DNA of 54,513 nt from Polaribacter sp. (GTDB lineage Bacteria > Bacteroidota > Bacteroidia > Flavobacteriales > Flavobacteriaceae). This document shows positions 37,445 to 46,839 of this stretch, piece by piece. The number at the start of each line of letters is the position of its first letter. Position 1 is the first letter of the stretch. The stretch is taken from contig JBGCFX010000202.1 in assembly GCA_045110395.1 (NCBI GenBank), positions 1 through 54,513 of the forward strand, written 5' to 3'. A program made the position numbers and the translations under genes. The notes beneath the pieces are model-generated. The model was given only the letters and a program-made list of their open reading frames with translations, was not told the origin of the DNA and did no database searches.

Positions 37445-37478
37445 CAGCATCAAAGAAATTTGATGCTGTTTTTTTTTT
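37445..37478 (+). terminator. Rho-independent terminator ending the cargo operon
   Basis: CAGCATCAAA-GAAA-TTTGATGCTG followed by T10. Confidence 0.9.
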
Positions 37479-37492
37479 GGCACGTTAATTGT
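37478..37492 (+). promoter_or_regulatory. Putative sigma-54 -24/-12 promoter for the TonB gene
   Basis: TGGCACG-TTAA-TTGT against consensus TGGCACG-N4-TTGC. Confidence 0.6.
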
Positions 37493-37529
37493 TTTAACAA
37501 GTCTTTAACATTTAAAAACTTAAACCATT

Positions 37530-38267
37530 ATGAAAAACTCAAAAAAACCCATCAGAAAATTAGAAAAATTCTCTAACATTTTTACACAATTAGGCCTTGT
37601 CTTGGTTCTTTTTGTTGTGTATGTTACTTTAGAACATCAAACAGAACAAAAACAATTAAAAGATATTGCTTTTTATGAACCTACAACAACTCAAATAGAA
37701 CCCAGTACAGAAATCTTTTTTACCAAAGAAGTAAAAGTGATACAAAAAGTAGAAATCCCAAAAACAGATGTTTTTATTGCTGATGCTCCAATAGAAAAAG
37801 CAAAAAATGAAGATATAGAAACTGTCATAGATTTACCAAAAGATGATCCAACACCTATCAATCCAGAAGATATTATAGAAATAGCAATACCTGTTAAAGA
37901 AGGTCCAGAAACAGTCCCTTTTTTATTGATAGAAAATGCACCTGTTTTTAAAGGCTGTGAAGGTTTGTCTAAAAAAGAAAATAAACTTTGTTTCGATAAA
38001 AAAATGAAGCAATTTGTACAACGTAATTTCGATACAGATTTGGCAAATGATCTAGGTTTAGATACTGGTACTCATAGAATATATACAGAGTTTGTAATAG
38101 ATAAAACAGGCAATATTATAGATTTAAGAGTTAGAGCACCTCACAAAAAATTAGAAAATGAAGCTGGCAGACTCATAAAAAAACTACCACAATTTACACC
38201 TGGCAAACAAAGAGAGAAACCAGTAAAAGTAAAATATACCTTACCTATTTTATTTAGTGTGCAGTAA
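37530..38267 (+). CDS. Energy transducer TonB-family protein
   Basis: N-terminal TM, APVFKGC, EFVIDKTG, PGKQREKPVKVKYTLPILF. Confidence 0.9.
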   Translation: MKNSKKPIRKLEKFSNIFTQLGLVLVLFVVYVTLEHQTEQKQLKDIAFYEPTTTQIEPSTEIFFTKEVKVIQKVEIPKTDVFIADAPIEKAKNEDIETVIDLPKDDPTPINPEDIIEIAIPVKEGPETVPFLLIENAPVFKGCEGLSKKENKLCFDKKMKQFVQRNFDTDLANDLGLDTGTHRIYTEFVIDKTGNIIDLRVRAPHKKLENEAGRLIKKLPQFTPGKQREKPVKVKYTLPILFSVQ

Positions 38268-38297
38268 TTAAATAGTTATTTTATAGTAAGAATAGTA

Positions 38298-38323
38298 AAA
38301 CCCAACCTTTTTAGGTTGGGTTT
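38298..38323 (+). terminator. Terminator hairpin after the TonB gene
   Basis: AAACCCAACCT-TTTT-AGGTTGGGTTT. Confidence 0.78.
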
Positions 38324-38359
38324 ATATGTTTAAAGCCTTAATTTATTACTTTTGTAACT

Positions 38360-39106
38360 ATGAAAATCAACCAATATTTAGATGCTACTTATTTAAAAAC
38401 AGCAACTCAAGCCCAGCTTTCTGAAGAAGAAAACAAGCAGAAAGTAATCGATTTAATAAAAGAAGTTATTGTATACGATTACAAATTGGTTATGATTCGT
38501 GCTAAATACATCACTTTAGCAAAAAAAATGCTTCAAGAAGCGAATAAAAAAATCTTAGTAGGCACTGTTATTGGTTTTCACCAAGGCACTTATGCTATAA
38601 AAGAGAAGTTAGAAGAAGCACAAAATGCTATTAATTTAGGAGCAGACGAGTTAGATTTTGTAATTAATTACAAGCAGTTTAAAAAAGGAAATATGCAATT
38701 GATAAAAGAAGAAGTGACCAAATGCACAGAACTTTGTCTAAAGAATAATAAAGTTGCAAAATGGATTATTGAAGTTGCAGCCTTAACAGAAAAAGAAATA
38801 GTTGTAATTTCGCAATTGATTAAAGAGATTGTTTTTACTGTTTTTGGTGATGAAAATGCAGATAAGGTTTTTGTAAAATCATCTACAGGGTTTTTTAAAA
38901 CAGAAAATAATTTGCCAAATGGCGCTACATTTAAAACAATGAAGCTAATTGCAGAAAATGCAAAACCATTAAAAATTAAAGCTGCAGGTGGTGTAAGAGA
39001 TTATGGTACAGCTTTAAAAATGGTATCTTTAGGAGTAGATAGAATTGGTACATCCTCTTCTAAAGAAATCGTAAACAAAGAAAAAAACACAAATTCAGGA
39101 TACTAA
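38360..39106 (+). CDS. deoC: Deoxyribose-phosphate aldolase
   Basis: [36 protein letters not shown]. Confidence 0.95.
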   Translation: MKINQYLDATYLKTATQAQLSEEENKQKVIDLIKEVIVYDYKLVMIRAKYITLAKKMLQEANKKILVGTVIGFHQGTYAIKEKLEEAQNAINLGADELDFVINYKQFKKGNMQLIKEEVTKCTELCLKNNKVAKWIIEVAALTEKEIVVISQLIKEIVFTVFGDENADKVFVKSSTGFFKTENNLPNGATFKTMKLIAENAKPLKIKAAGGVRDYGTALKMVSLGVDRIGTSSSKEIVNKEKNTNSGY

Positions 39107-39108
39107 TT

Positions 39109-39666
39109 TTGATTGATTATTTTGCACATAAAACAGCTGTAATAGATAAAAATTGCAGCATTGGTAAAGACACTAAAATCTGGCACTTTAGTCATATTAT
39201 GTCTAATGCTATAATTGGTGAATCTTGCAATATTGGTCAAAATGTGGTGGTTTCTCCTGAGGTAGTTTTGGGCAACAATGTAAAGGTGCAAAATAATGTT
39301 TCTATTTACACAGGTGTTATTTGCGAAGATGATGTTTTTTTAGGACCATCTATGGTTTTTACAAACGTAATCAATCCACGAAGTGCAATTAAACGCAAAA
39401 ACGAATACCAAAAAACGTTGGTAAAAAAAGGAGCAAGTATAGGTGCAAATGCAACTATTATTTGTGGCAACAATATTGGCGAATTCGCTTTTATTGGTGC
39501 AGGTGCTGTAGTTACCAAAGAAGTTTTACCTTTTGCATTAGTAGTTGGGAACCCATCTAAACAAATAGGTTGGGTTAGCGAGTTTGGGCACAGATTAGAA
39601 TTTAATACAGAAGGTTTTGCAACTTGTAAAGAAAGCCACCAAGAATATCAATTAAAAATAACGTAG
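39109..39666 (+). CDS. Hexapeptide-repeat N-acetyltransferase, WbpD-like
   Basis: [45 protein letters not shown]; TTG start; C-terminus possibly frameshifted. Confidence 0.88.
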   Translation: MIDYFAHKTAVIDKNCSIGKDTKIWHFSHIMSNAIIGESCNIGQNVVVSPEVVLGNNVKVQNNVSIYTGVICEDDVFLGPSMVFTNVINPRSAIKRKNEYQKTLVKKGASIGANATIICGNNIGEFAFIGAGAVVTKEVLPFALVVGNPSKQIGWVSEFGHRLEFNTEGFATCKESHQEYQLKIT

Positions 39667-39681
39667 TTACAAAGTTATAGA

Positions 39682-41751
39682 ATGATAAAAAAATATATAT
39701 TTTTAGTTTTATTATTTCCCTCAGTTTTATTTTCTCAAAAAGAAAGATATCCCATTTTCGATGTTTGTAAAGGAGCAGAAATAGAATCTTTAGAAAATTG
39801 TTTTTTTGCAACTACAAAAAAGCACTTTTTTTCTGATTTTAAAACACCACCTATTGTAGAAAACGAAGCATTTACAGGTAATGTAAATATTACCTTTGCA
39901 GTTACAGAACAAGGCGATTTTAATTTAATTTACATAAATACACCTTATCAAGAATTAAAAGACGAGGTAAAAAGAGTGTTTTTAAACTTCCCTAAAATTA
40001 CTCCTGCTTGGAATAATAATCATCCAACAGCAATGAAATTTATACTTCCTGTTAGTTTTCCGATTACTTTAGAACAAGCAACAGTTAGTGTAAAAGGAGA
40101 AAATTCTAAAGATAAAAAAGAAGACTTATTTACAGTAGTAGAAAAAAACAGAATTGCAGATTCTACTTTTTTAGAACATAATAGCCATTTAAATGTGCCA
40201 TTTACACACCAAAGATATGTAGATTATGAGTTTGCAATGCACAAAACAAAAGGCACACATACAGCTTCTAAACCTTATACTTATAATGAAGTTGGGAAAT
40301 ATTTTGATTTAACAGCACAGAAAAAGCAATTTTTAAAACCCAATAAAAGAACTTGGGTTGGCAATAAAATTTGGAATGAACATTTATTGCAAATTAAAAA
40401 GAAAGATTATTGGTTAACCATAGATTTTCTTTTAGATGTTCAATTAGGTAAAGATAATTCTGATGTACCTTATACATTTAACAATACAAGAGCTGTAAAT
40501 GTAAATGGTGCAATTGGTAAAAACTTTTCTTTTTCTACAACCTATTATGAAAGTCAAGGAAGATTTGCCAGTTATGTAAATAGCTTTGCAGAAAATCCTG
40601 CAGCAAATGTTAGACCAAAAAACTCAGAAGGATTAGTTCCTGGAAGAGGAAAAGCAAAACGTCATAGAACAGATTCTTTCGATTATCCTGTTACAGAAGG
40701 TTATTTAGCATATACACCAAATAAACACATGCAGTTTCAATTTGGTAATGGTAAAAATTTTATTGGTGATGGATATCGTTCTTTTATTTTATCTGATGTT
40801 TCTTCACCAACTACGTATTTAAAAATGAAAATAGATTTGTGGAAGTTTCAATACACAAACGTTTGGTTATGGAACACAGAACCTTCAATTTCTTCAATTT
40901 CAGATCCAAATGAACACGCAAGAAAATATGTAGCTGCTCATTATTTAAGTTTTAATGTTTCAGAAAGATTAAACTTAGGTTTTTTCGAAACTGCAATTTC
41001 TGCAGGAGAAAATGGTTTTGATGCAGGTTTTTTAAACCCTATACTTTTTTATAGATCTTTAGAGTTTAATAGAGGAGAAGATGCAGGAAATGCAATAGTA
41101 GGTTTAACTGCTAAGTATAAACTAAATGATAACGTTTCTTTATACTCTCAATTAGTTATTGATGAATTTTCTTTCGGTAACTTAAATGATTTAAGTGATT
41201 GGCGTAATAAATTCGCGTATCAAATAGGCGCAAAATATTTTGATGCTTTTAAAGTTAAAGATTTATTTCTGCAATTAGAATACAATTATGCAAGACCTTA
41301 TACTTTTGCTCACAAAAGTCCAATTTTAAATTACGGAAATTACAGTCAACCTTTAGGACATCTTTGGGGAGCTAATTTTTGGGAAGCAATTGCCATAACT
41401 AGATATAAAAAAGATAGATGGTCTGGCTATGCAAAAGTTATTTTAGGAAAAAAAGGATTCGATTTTCAAGATCAAGTTGTAAGTTATGGTGGCGATATTT
41501 ATCAATCTTACAATGATCGTTTTGCAGATACAGGTAATGAATTAGGTCAAGGAAACACAGCAAATATCTTTATTGCAGATGTTCAAGCCAGTTATTTAAT
41601 AAACCCAAGTACTAATATGAGCTTATTTGCGAGCCTTTCTTACAGAAATTTCTCTCCAAAAGTATCTTTAATTGGTTTTCCTGAAAGTTCAAATGTGTGG
41701 TTTTCATTAGGTATAAAGGCAGATGTGTTTAATTGGTACTTAGATTTTTAA
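39682..41751 (+). CDS. remB: Gliding motility protein RemB-like (N-terminal TonB_C-like domain plus outer-membrane barrel)
   Basis: Signal peptide, YPIFDVC..CF and PKITPA TonB_C-like region, GKNFIGDGYRSFILSD, C-terminal FNWYLDF; upstream of cyoE. Confidence 0.7.
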   Translation: MIKKYIFLVLLFPSVLFSQKERYPIFDVCKGAEIESLENCFFATTKKHFFSDFKTPPIVENEAFTGNVNITFAVTEQGDFNLIYINTPYQELKDEVKRVFLNFPKITPAWNNNHPTAMKFILPVSFPITLEQATVSVKGENSKDKKEDLFTVVEKNRIADSTFLEHNSHLNVPFTHQRYVDYEFAMHKTKGTHTASKPYTYNEVGKYFDLTAQKKQFLKPNKRTWVGNKIWNEHLLQIKKKDYWLTIDFLLDVQLGKDNSDVPYTFNNTRAVNVNGAIGKNFSFSTTYYESQGRFASYVNSFAENPAANVRPKNSEGLVPGRGKAKRHRTDSFDYPVTEGYLAYTPNKHMQFQFGNGKNFIGDGYRSFILSDVSSPTTYLKMKIDLWKFQYTNVWLWNTEPSISSISDPNEHARKYVAAHYLSFNVSERLNLGFFETAISAGENGFDAGFLNPILFYRSLEFNRGEDAGNAIVGLTAKYKLNDNVSLYSQLVIDEFSFGNLNDLSDWRNKFAYQIGAKYFDAFKVKDLFLQLEYNYARPYTFAHKSPILNYGNYSQPLGHLWGANFWEAIAITRYKKDRWSGYAKVILGKKGFDFQDQVVSYGGDIYQSYNDRFADTGNELGQGNTANIFIADVQASYLINPSTNMSLFASLSYRNFSPKVSLIGFPESSNVWFSLGIKADVFNWYLDF

Positions 41752-41803
41752 AAAAAAGTTAAATTATTACAAATTAAGAATGATTTTTATCTATATTTGT
41801 AAT

Positions 41804-41877
41804 GTGATTTTTAAATAAGTCACACTTTTTCTTTTTCATAGCAATTTTCCCACTCAATTTATTGAGTGGGTTTTTTT
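41804..41877 (+). ncRNA. Candidate small RNA with its own promoter and terminator
   Basis: -7 TATATTTG (41792-41799), 5' hairpin GTGATTT/AAGTCAC, single-stranded CTTTTTCATAGCAATTTT, terminator CCCACTCAA/TTGAGTGGG followed by T7; no ORF. Confidence 0.55.
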
Positions 41878-41949
41878 ATGCTAAAAGCTTCATAAAATTT
41901 ATGGTAAAGTCATATTTATCAAATATCTTTGCAAACTATTAGTAAAGAA

Positions 41950-42852
41950 ATGGATACTACAGTTATTACAGGCAATTCTACAACTATGAAAGCTATTTTT
42001 TCAGACTTTAAACAACTTACCAAAGTTGGCTTATCTTTAAGTGTAGTTTTTTCTTCTGTTGCTGGGTATTTATTAGCAGTAGATGTTGTCAACTATTTTA
42101 CACTTTTTCTTTTAGCTATAGGAGGTTTCTTTATGGTGGGTGCATCTAATGCCTACAACCAAATTATAGAAATAGATACAGATAAGTTAATGAAACGTAC
42201 ACAAAACAGACCTTTACCAACAGGTAGAATGTCTGTTAATGTGGCTTTAACCATCGCAATTTTATTCACAATTTCTGGTATTGCAATATTATATAGCATC
42301 AATCCAAAAACAGCTTTGTTTGGTGCAATCTCTATATTTTTATACACAAGTGCATATACACCTTTAAAATCGGTAACACCTTTAGCAGTTTTTGTGGGTG
42401 CCATTCCAGGTGCCATTCCTTTTATGTTAGGTTGGGTTGCAGCTACAAATCATTTTGGTATAGAAGCAGGTTTTTTATTTATGATTCAATTTTTCTGGCA
42501 ATTCCCACATTTTTGGGCAATTGGCTGGTTACAAGACGAAGAATATAAAAAAGCAGGTTTTAATATGTTACCAATGAATACCAAAGATAAAGGAGCTGTA
42601 AAACAAATTATTTTTTATACCATAATTATGATTTTGGTATCAATTGCACCTGTTTTAAAAGTATCTGGCGCATTTTATATTCATCCAATAACAGCAGTTA
42701 TTGTTGCTTTATTAGGAGTTTATATGTTGTATTTTGCAGTAAAATTACACAAAAGTGAAAATAATATAGACGCAAGAAAACTAATGTTATCAAGCGTTTT
42801 ATATATTACAGTAGTCCAAATTATATATGTAGTAGATAAATTTTTACATTAA
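41950..42852 (+). CDS. cyoE: Heme o synthase / protoheme IX farnesyltransferase (start corrected to ATG 41950)
   Basis: NQIIE.DTDKLMKRTQNRPLP, YTPLK, FFWQFPHFWA; the TTG at 41929 lies inside the -7 box TATCTTTG. Confidence 0.96.
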   Translation: MDTTVITGNSTTMKAIFSDFKQLTKVGLSLSVVFSSVAGYLLAVDVVNYFTLFLLAIGGFFMVGASNAYNQIIEIDTDKLMKRTQNRPLPTGRMSVNVALTIAILFTISGIAILYSINPKTALFGAISIFLYTSAYTPLKSVTPLAVFVGAIPGAIPFMLGWVAATNHFGIEAGFLFMIQFFWQFPHFWAIGWLQDEEYKKAGFNMLPMNTKDKGAVKQIIFYTIIMILVSIAPVLKVSGAFYIHPITAVIVALLGVYMLYFAVKLHKSENNIDARKLMLSSVLYITVVQIIYVVDKFLH

Positions 42853-42853
42853 A

Positions 42854-43441
42854 ATGATAAGCGAACAAATTTTACAACAAGAATTAACAGTGGCCAAGAA
42901 AAAATCTGCAAAACCTATGTTATGGGTTTCTATGATTAGTATGGTTATGTTTTTTGCAGGATTAACAAGTGCGTATGTAATAAGTATGAAACGTGATGAT
43001 TGGGTTTCTTTTGATTTACCTCAAGCATTTTATGTGAGTACATTTTTAATTGTAACAAGTAGCATTTCGCTTTTTTTATCGCAAAAATTTCTAAAAAGCG
43101 ATAAAAGACAACTCTCTTTAATCTTTGTAGTTGTAACTTTATTACTAGGAATTGGTTTTATTTGGCAACAATATGTTGGTTTTAACGAATTAAAAAGTGT
43201 TGGTTTATTTTTTACAGGACCAGAAAGTACAGTATCAACATCATTTATAATTGGTATTACATTTATGCACGTTTTGCACTTGTTGGCAGGTGTTTTAGTA
43301 CTTTTCGTTGTTATTTATAATCATTTTAAATACAAATACAAATCAGACAATATGCTTGGCTTTGAGTTAGGTGCTATCTTCTGGCATTTTGTAGATATAC
43401 TATGGATTTATCTATTTTTCTTTTTCTATTTTATTAGGTGA
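42854..43441 (+). CDS. Cytochrome c oxidase subunit III family protein (first)
   Basis: MFFAGLTSAY, HVLHLLAG, FWHFVDILW. Confidence 0.92.
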   Translation: MISEQILQQELTVAKKKSAKPMLWVSMISMVMFFAGLTSAYVISMKRDDWVSFDLPQAFYVSTFLIVTSSISLFLSQKFLKSDKRQLSLIFVVVTLLLGIGFIWQQYVGFNELKSVGLFFTGPESTVSTSFIIGITFMHVLHLLAGVLVLFVVIYNHFKYKYKSDNMLGFELGAIFWHFVDILWIYLFFFFYFIR

Positions 43442-43497
43442 TGAAAAATAGTTATTTTTGCGAAACTAACTTTAGAATTAATTAACAGAAAATATAT

Positions 43498-44478
43498 ATG
43501 GAAGCAAATATTGCTATACCTTCTGATAGTAAAGAAACTTGGAATGGTGGTGGAGTAAAACCATTTGGTGCAAGTTATGGTAAAATGATGATGTGGTTTT
43601 TTATCGTTTCTGATGCTTTAACCTTTTCAGGGTTTTTAGCTGCTTATGGTTTAACAAGATTCAAATTTATAGATTCTTGGCCAATTGCAGATGAGGTTTT
43701 TACACATATTCCTTTTTTCCACGGAAATTACCCAATGATTTATGTTGCTTTTATGACATTTGTCTTAATTGCTTCTTCTGTAACAATGGTATTGGCTGTA
43801 GATGCTGGTCATCATATGAAAAAAAATAAAGTGGCTTGGTATATGTTTGCAACCATTATTGGTGGTTTAATATTTGTGGGTTCTCAAGCTTGGGAATGGA
43901 ACACATTTATCAAAGGATCTTATGGAGCTGTAAAAACTACTGATGGTAAAGTTCTACAGTTTGTGAAAGATGGTCATCAAATAGCTTTGTCTGACTTTGT
44001 CGTTGGCGAAAGAACAGATGATAGAGTACAACATACCAAGAAAAATGGTTTATGGTTTCAAGAAGAAGCAACTATTTCTACCTATTCTATAGATCAAGTA
44101 ATTAACGCTTACAATGCGAATCCAGATATTTTAATAAAATCAGAATTGATAAATGCTGATGAAAAAAGTAAAGTAATTCTCTCTAGAGAAGAAGGAATGG
44201 CACAACTTGCAAAAACAAAAATGGTTGTAGAAGGCGCAAACTTAAAAGTAAATGAATATGGAAACACCATTTTTGCAGATTTCTTTTTCTTTATTACAGG
44301 TTTTCACGGGTTTCACGTTTTATCAGGAATCATTATTAATATCATCATTTTCTTTAATGTTATTTTAGGTACTTATGAAAAAAGAGGACATTATGAAATG
44401 GTAGAAAAAGTTGGATTATATTGGCACTTTGTAGATTTAGTTTGGGTATTTGTATTTACCTTCTTCTACTTAGTTTAA
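43498..44478 (+). CDS. Cytochrome c oxidase subunit III family protein (second, with a large loop insert)
   Basis: GKMMMWFFIVSD, TGFHGFHV, GLYWHFVDLVW. Confidence 0.93.
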   Translation: MEANIAIPSDSKETWNGGGVKPFGASYGKMMMWFFIVSDALTFSGFLAAYGLTRFKFIDSWPIADEVFTHIPFFHGNYPMIYVAFMTFVLIASSVTMVLAVDAGHHMKKNKVAWYMFATIIGGLIFVGSQAWEWNTFIKGSYGAVKTTDGKVLQFVKDGHQIALSDFVVGERTDDRVQHTKKNGLWFQEEATISTYSIDQVINAYNANPDILIKSELINADEKSKVILSREEGMAQLAKTKMVVEGANLKVNEYGNTIFADFFFFITGFHGFHVLSGIIINIIIFFNVILGTYEKRGHYEMVEKVGLYWHFVDLVWVFVFTFFYLV

Positions 44479-44531
44479 CAAAAAATATTTTTTAGCAAAA
44501 GTTAAAGTCTAAAATAAAGCATATTTAAAAA

Positions 44532-44870
44532 ATGGCACACGCACAATCTCATACAAAAAGAATCTGGAACGTATTTTGGATATTATCTGCAATTACAATT
44601 GTAGAAGTAATATTAGGTATCTATAAACCAGATTCCTTACACCTTACAAGCATTTTAGGAACTAGTCCTCTAAACTGGATTTTTATAATTCTAACTCTTG
44701 CAAAAGCTTACGGAATTACTTGGGCATTTATGCATATGGAAGGAGAAAAGAAATGGTTTAGAAGAGCAGTAGTTTGGACAGCCGTTTTTCTAATCTGTTA
44801 CTTAGTAACACTACTTTTAATAGAAGGAGATTATTTACACAGCACATTAGCACCACTTGTAAGATGGTAA
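44532..44870 (+). CDS. Cytochrome c oxidase subunit IV family protein
   Basis: ILSAITIVEV, LTLAKA...FMHM; three TM segments. Confidence 0.88.
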   Translation: MAHAQSHTKRIWNVFWILSAITIVEVILGIYKPDSLHLTSILGTSPLNWIFIILTLAKAYGITWAFMHMEGEKKWFRRAVVWTAVFLICYLVTLLLIEGDYLHSTLAPLVRW

Positions 44871-44881
44871 TAAAATAATAG

Positions 44882-44908
44882 AAAGGTGGTTTTTAACCGC
44901 CTTTTTTT
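44882..44908 (+). terminator. Terminator after subunit IV
   Basis: AAAGGTGGTT-TTT-AACCGCCTTT followed by Ts. Confidence 0.8.
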
Positions 44909-44970
44909 ATACTAAATAATTAATTACAAGATTTAAAAAAATCTGTAAGACTTAGTAAAATTTTAAATAA

Positions 44971-45642
44971 ATGAAATTTTTCACAAAAAAAAGAATTGTA
45001 TTATTTCTGCTTTTTATATTTCCTTTAATCTGTTTTTTAATTTTATCTACAGGAGAAAATAATTTCACAAAACTACCTATAGTTACTCCTAACATTATCG
45101 ATGTTTCAGAAATAGATGCAAACAAACAAGTACAATTAAAAGACCATATTTCTATTATTTGCTTTTTAGGAAATGATGTAAATGCAAACAAGTCTGGCTT
45201 ATTTAACTTGAATGAAAAAGTCTATAAAAAGTTTACAGATTATAAAAAGTTTCAAGTTTTGGCAATTTATCCAAAAGAGCAAGAAGCAGAAGCCCAGAAA
45301 TTAAAAAAAGAAATAGGTGCTTTTACAGATATGCAAAAATGGAAATTTATACCAAGTTCTAAAGAAGAAATAGAAGGTTTTTACCAAAGCTTTTCTTATA
45401 ATGAGCCACTTGTAAATTTAGGCTCATCAAAAGCATTTTTAGTAGACAAATATGTGAATTTAAGAGGGAGATTAAAAGATGAAGATGCTAAAAATGGCAA
45501 ATTATATGGTTATAATATGAATTCTGTTTCTGTATTAAATGGCAAATTAAAAGACGACGTAAAAGTATTGTATTATGAGTATTATGCAGCTTTTAAAGAT
45601 AGAAACAAAAATAAGGCAGACAGAAAAGAGGTAGGATTATGA
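44971..45642 (+). CDS. Membrane-anchored thioredoxin-fold (SCO-like) hypothetical protein
   Basis: N-terminal TM; WKF, FLVDKYVNLRG and LKDDVKVL parallel the adjacent SCO protein; no CxxxC. Confidence 0.6.
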   Translation: MKFFTKKRIVLFLLFIFPLICFLILSTGENNFTKLPIVTPNIIDVSEIDANKQVQLKDHISIICFLGNDVNANKSGLFNLNEKVYKKFTDYKKFQVLAIYPKEQEAEAQKLKKEIGAFTDMQKWKFIPSSKEEIEGFYQSFSYNEPLVNLGSSKAFLVDKYVNLRGRLKDEDAKNGKLYGYNMNSVSVLNGKLKDDVKVLYYEYYAAFKDRNKNKADRKEVGL

Positions 45643-46283
45643 ATAAAAAATATTCGTACATAGGCATTACTTTTATTATTTTACTGTTTGGTATTTACAC
45701 AGTGCCAAAAGTGGTAAATCATTTTAAAAAAGCAGATTTACATACTTTTAATAAAGTACCTAATTTTTCTTTTACAAATCAAGAAGGTAAAACAATTACA
45801 AATAAAGAGTATGAAGGCAAAGTTTATGTAGTAGAGTTTTTCTTTTCTACTTGCCCAACTATTTGCCCAATAATGAACCAGAAAATGGTAACGATTCAAG
45901 ATACTTTTTTTGGCAATCCAGAATTTGGAATTGCGTCTATTTCTATCACTCCAGAAATAGATACTCCAGAAATTTTAAAAGAGTATGCCAAAAATAATGG
46001 GATTACACACAAAAATTGGCATTTGCTAACTGGTAAATCAGAAGAAGTGGTATATGCTTTATCTAACAAAGGCTTTAAATTATATGCAGGAAAAGGAGAT
46101 GAAGCACATGGAGGTTTTGAGCATTCAGGTTTATTTGCTTTAATAGATAAAAACGGCTTCATCAGATCAAGAAAAGATGAGTTTGGTAACCCAATTATGT
46201 TTTATAGAGCGATTGAAGAGCAAGAATTTCCTGATCAAATAAAAGAATTAAAAGAAGATATAAAATTGTTGTTAAATGAGTAA
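45639..46283 (+). CDS. SCO-family copper chaperone
   Basis: FFFSTCPTICP (CxxxC), DTPEILKEY, conserved His in EHSG. Confidence 0.95.
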   Translation: MNKKYSYIGITFIILLFGIYTVPKVVNHFKKADLHTFNKVPNFSFTNQEGKTITNKEYEGKVYVVEFFFSTCPTICPIMNQKMVTIQDTFFGNPEFGIASISITPEIDTPEILKEYAKNNGITHKNWHLLTGKSEEVVYALSNKGFKLYAGKGDEAHGGFEHSGLFALIDKNGFIRSRKDEFGNPIMFYRAIEEQEFPDQIKELKEDIKLLLNE

Positions 46284-46839
46284 TACAGAAATGAATTCAG
46301 CACAAGGTTTATCACAAGAAAAAAAGTACAAAAAAATTATTACTGTATTGTCAATTGTAATTCCTTTGGCTGTAGCAGTTTTGTTTGGTGTAAATTTAAA
46401 AGACTTAGGTTTTAATGTAAAACCACTCACTTTTTTACCTCCCATTTATGCATCTATCAATGGTTTAACTGCTGTTATTTTAATTGCTGCAGTTATCGCT
46501 ATAAAAAAAGGAAACAGAAAGTTACATGAGCAATTAAATACATTCGCTATTTTTTGTTCCTTACTTTTTTTGTTGATGTATATAGCCTATCATATGACTT
46601 CAGATTCTACTAAATTCTTAGGAGAAGGAGCTATAAAATACGTTTACTATTTTATTTTAATAACGCATATTATTTTATCAATAATTATAATTCCATTTGT
46701 ATTAACAACATTTATGAGAGCAAGATTGGGCAATTTTCCAGAACATAAAAAAATTGCTAAAATTACATTTCCTCTTTGGTTATATGTTGCTATAACTGGT
46801 GTTGTTGTCTATTTAATGATTTCTCCATATTATGTTTAA
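46276..46839 (+). CDS. DUF420 membrane protein
   Basis: YYFILITHIILS, HKKIAK, LWLYVAITGV. Confidence 0.9.
   Translation: MSNTEMNSAQGLSQEKKYKKIITVLSIVIPLAVAVLFGVNLKDLGFNVKPLTFLPPIYASINGLTAVILIAAVIAIKKGNRKLHEQLNTFAIFCSLLFLLMYIAYHMTSDSTKFLGEGAIKYVYYFILITHIILSIIIIPFVLTTFMRARLGNFPEHKKIAKITFPLWLYVAITGVVVYLMISPYYV

Noticed and set aside
20041-37478. Prophage, ICE or transposon identity for the accessory block
   Set aside because: No integrase, transposase, att or tRNA site, or terminal repeats seen.
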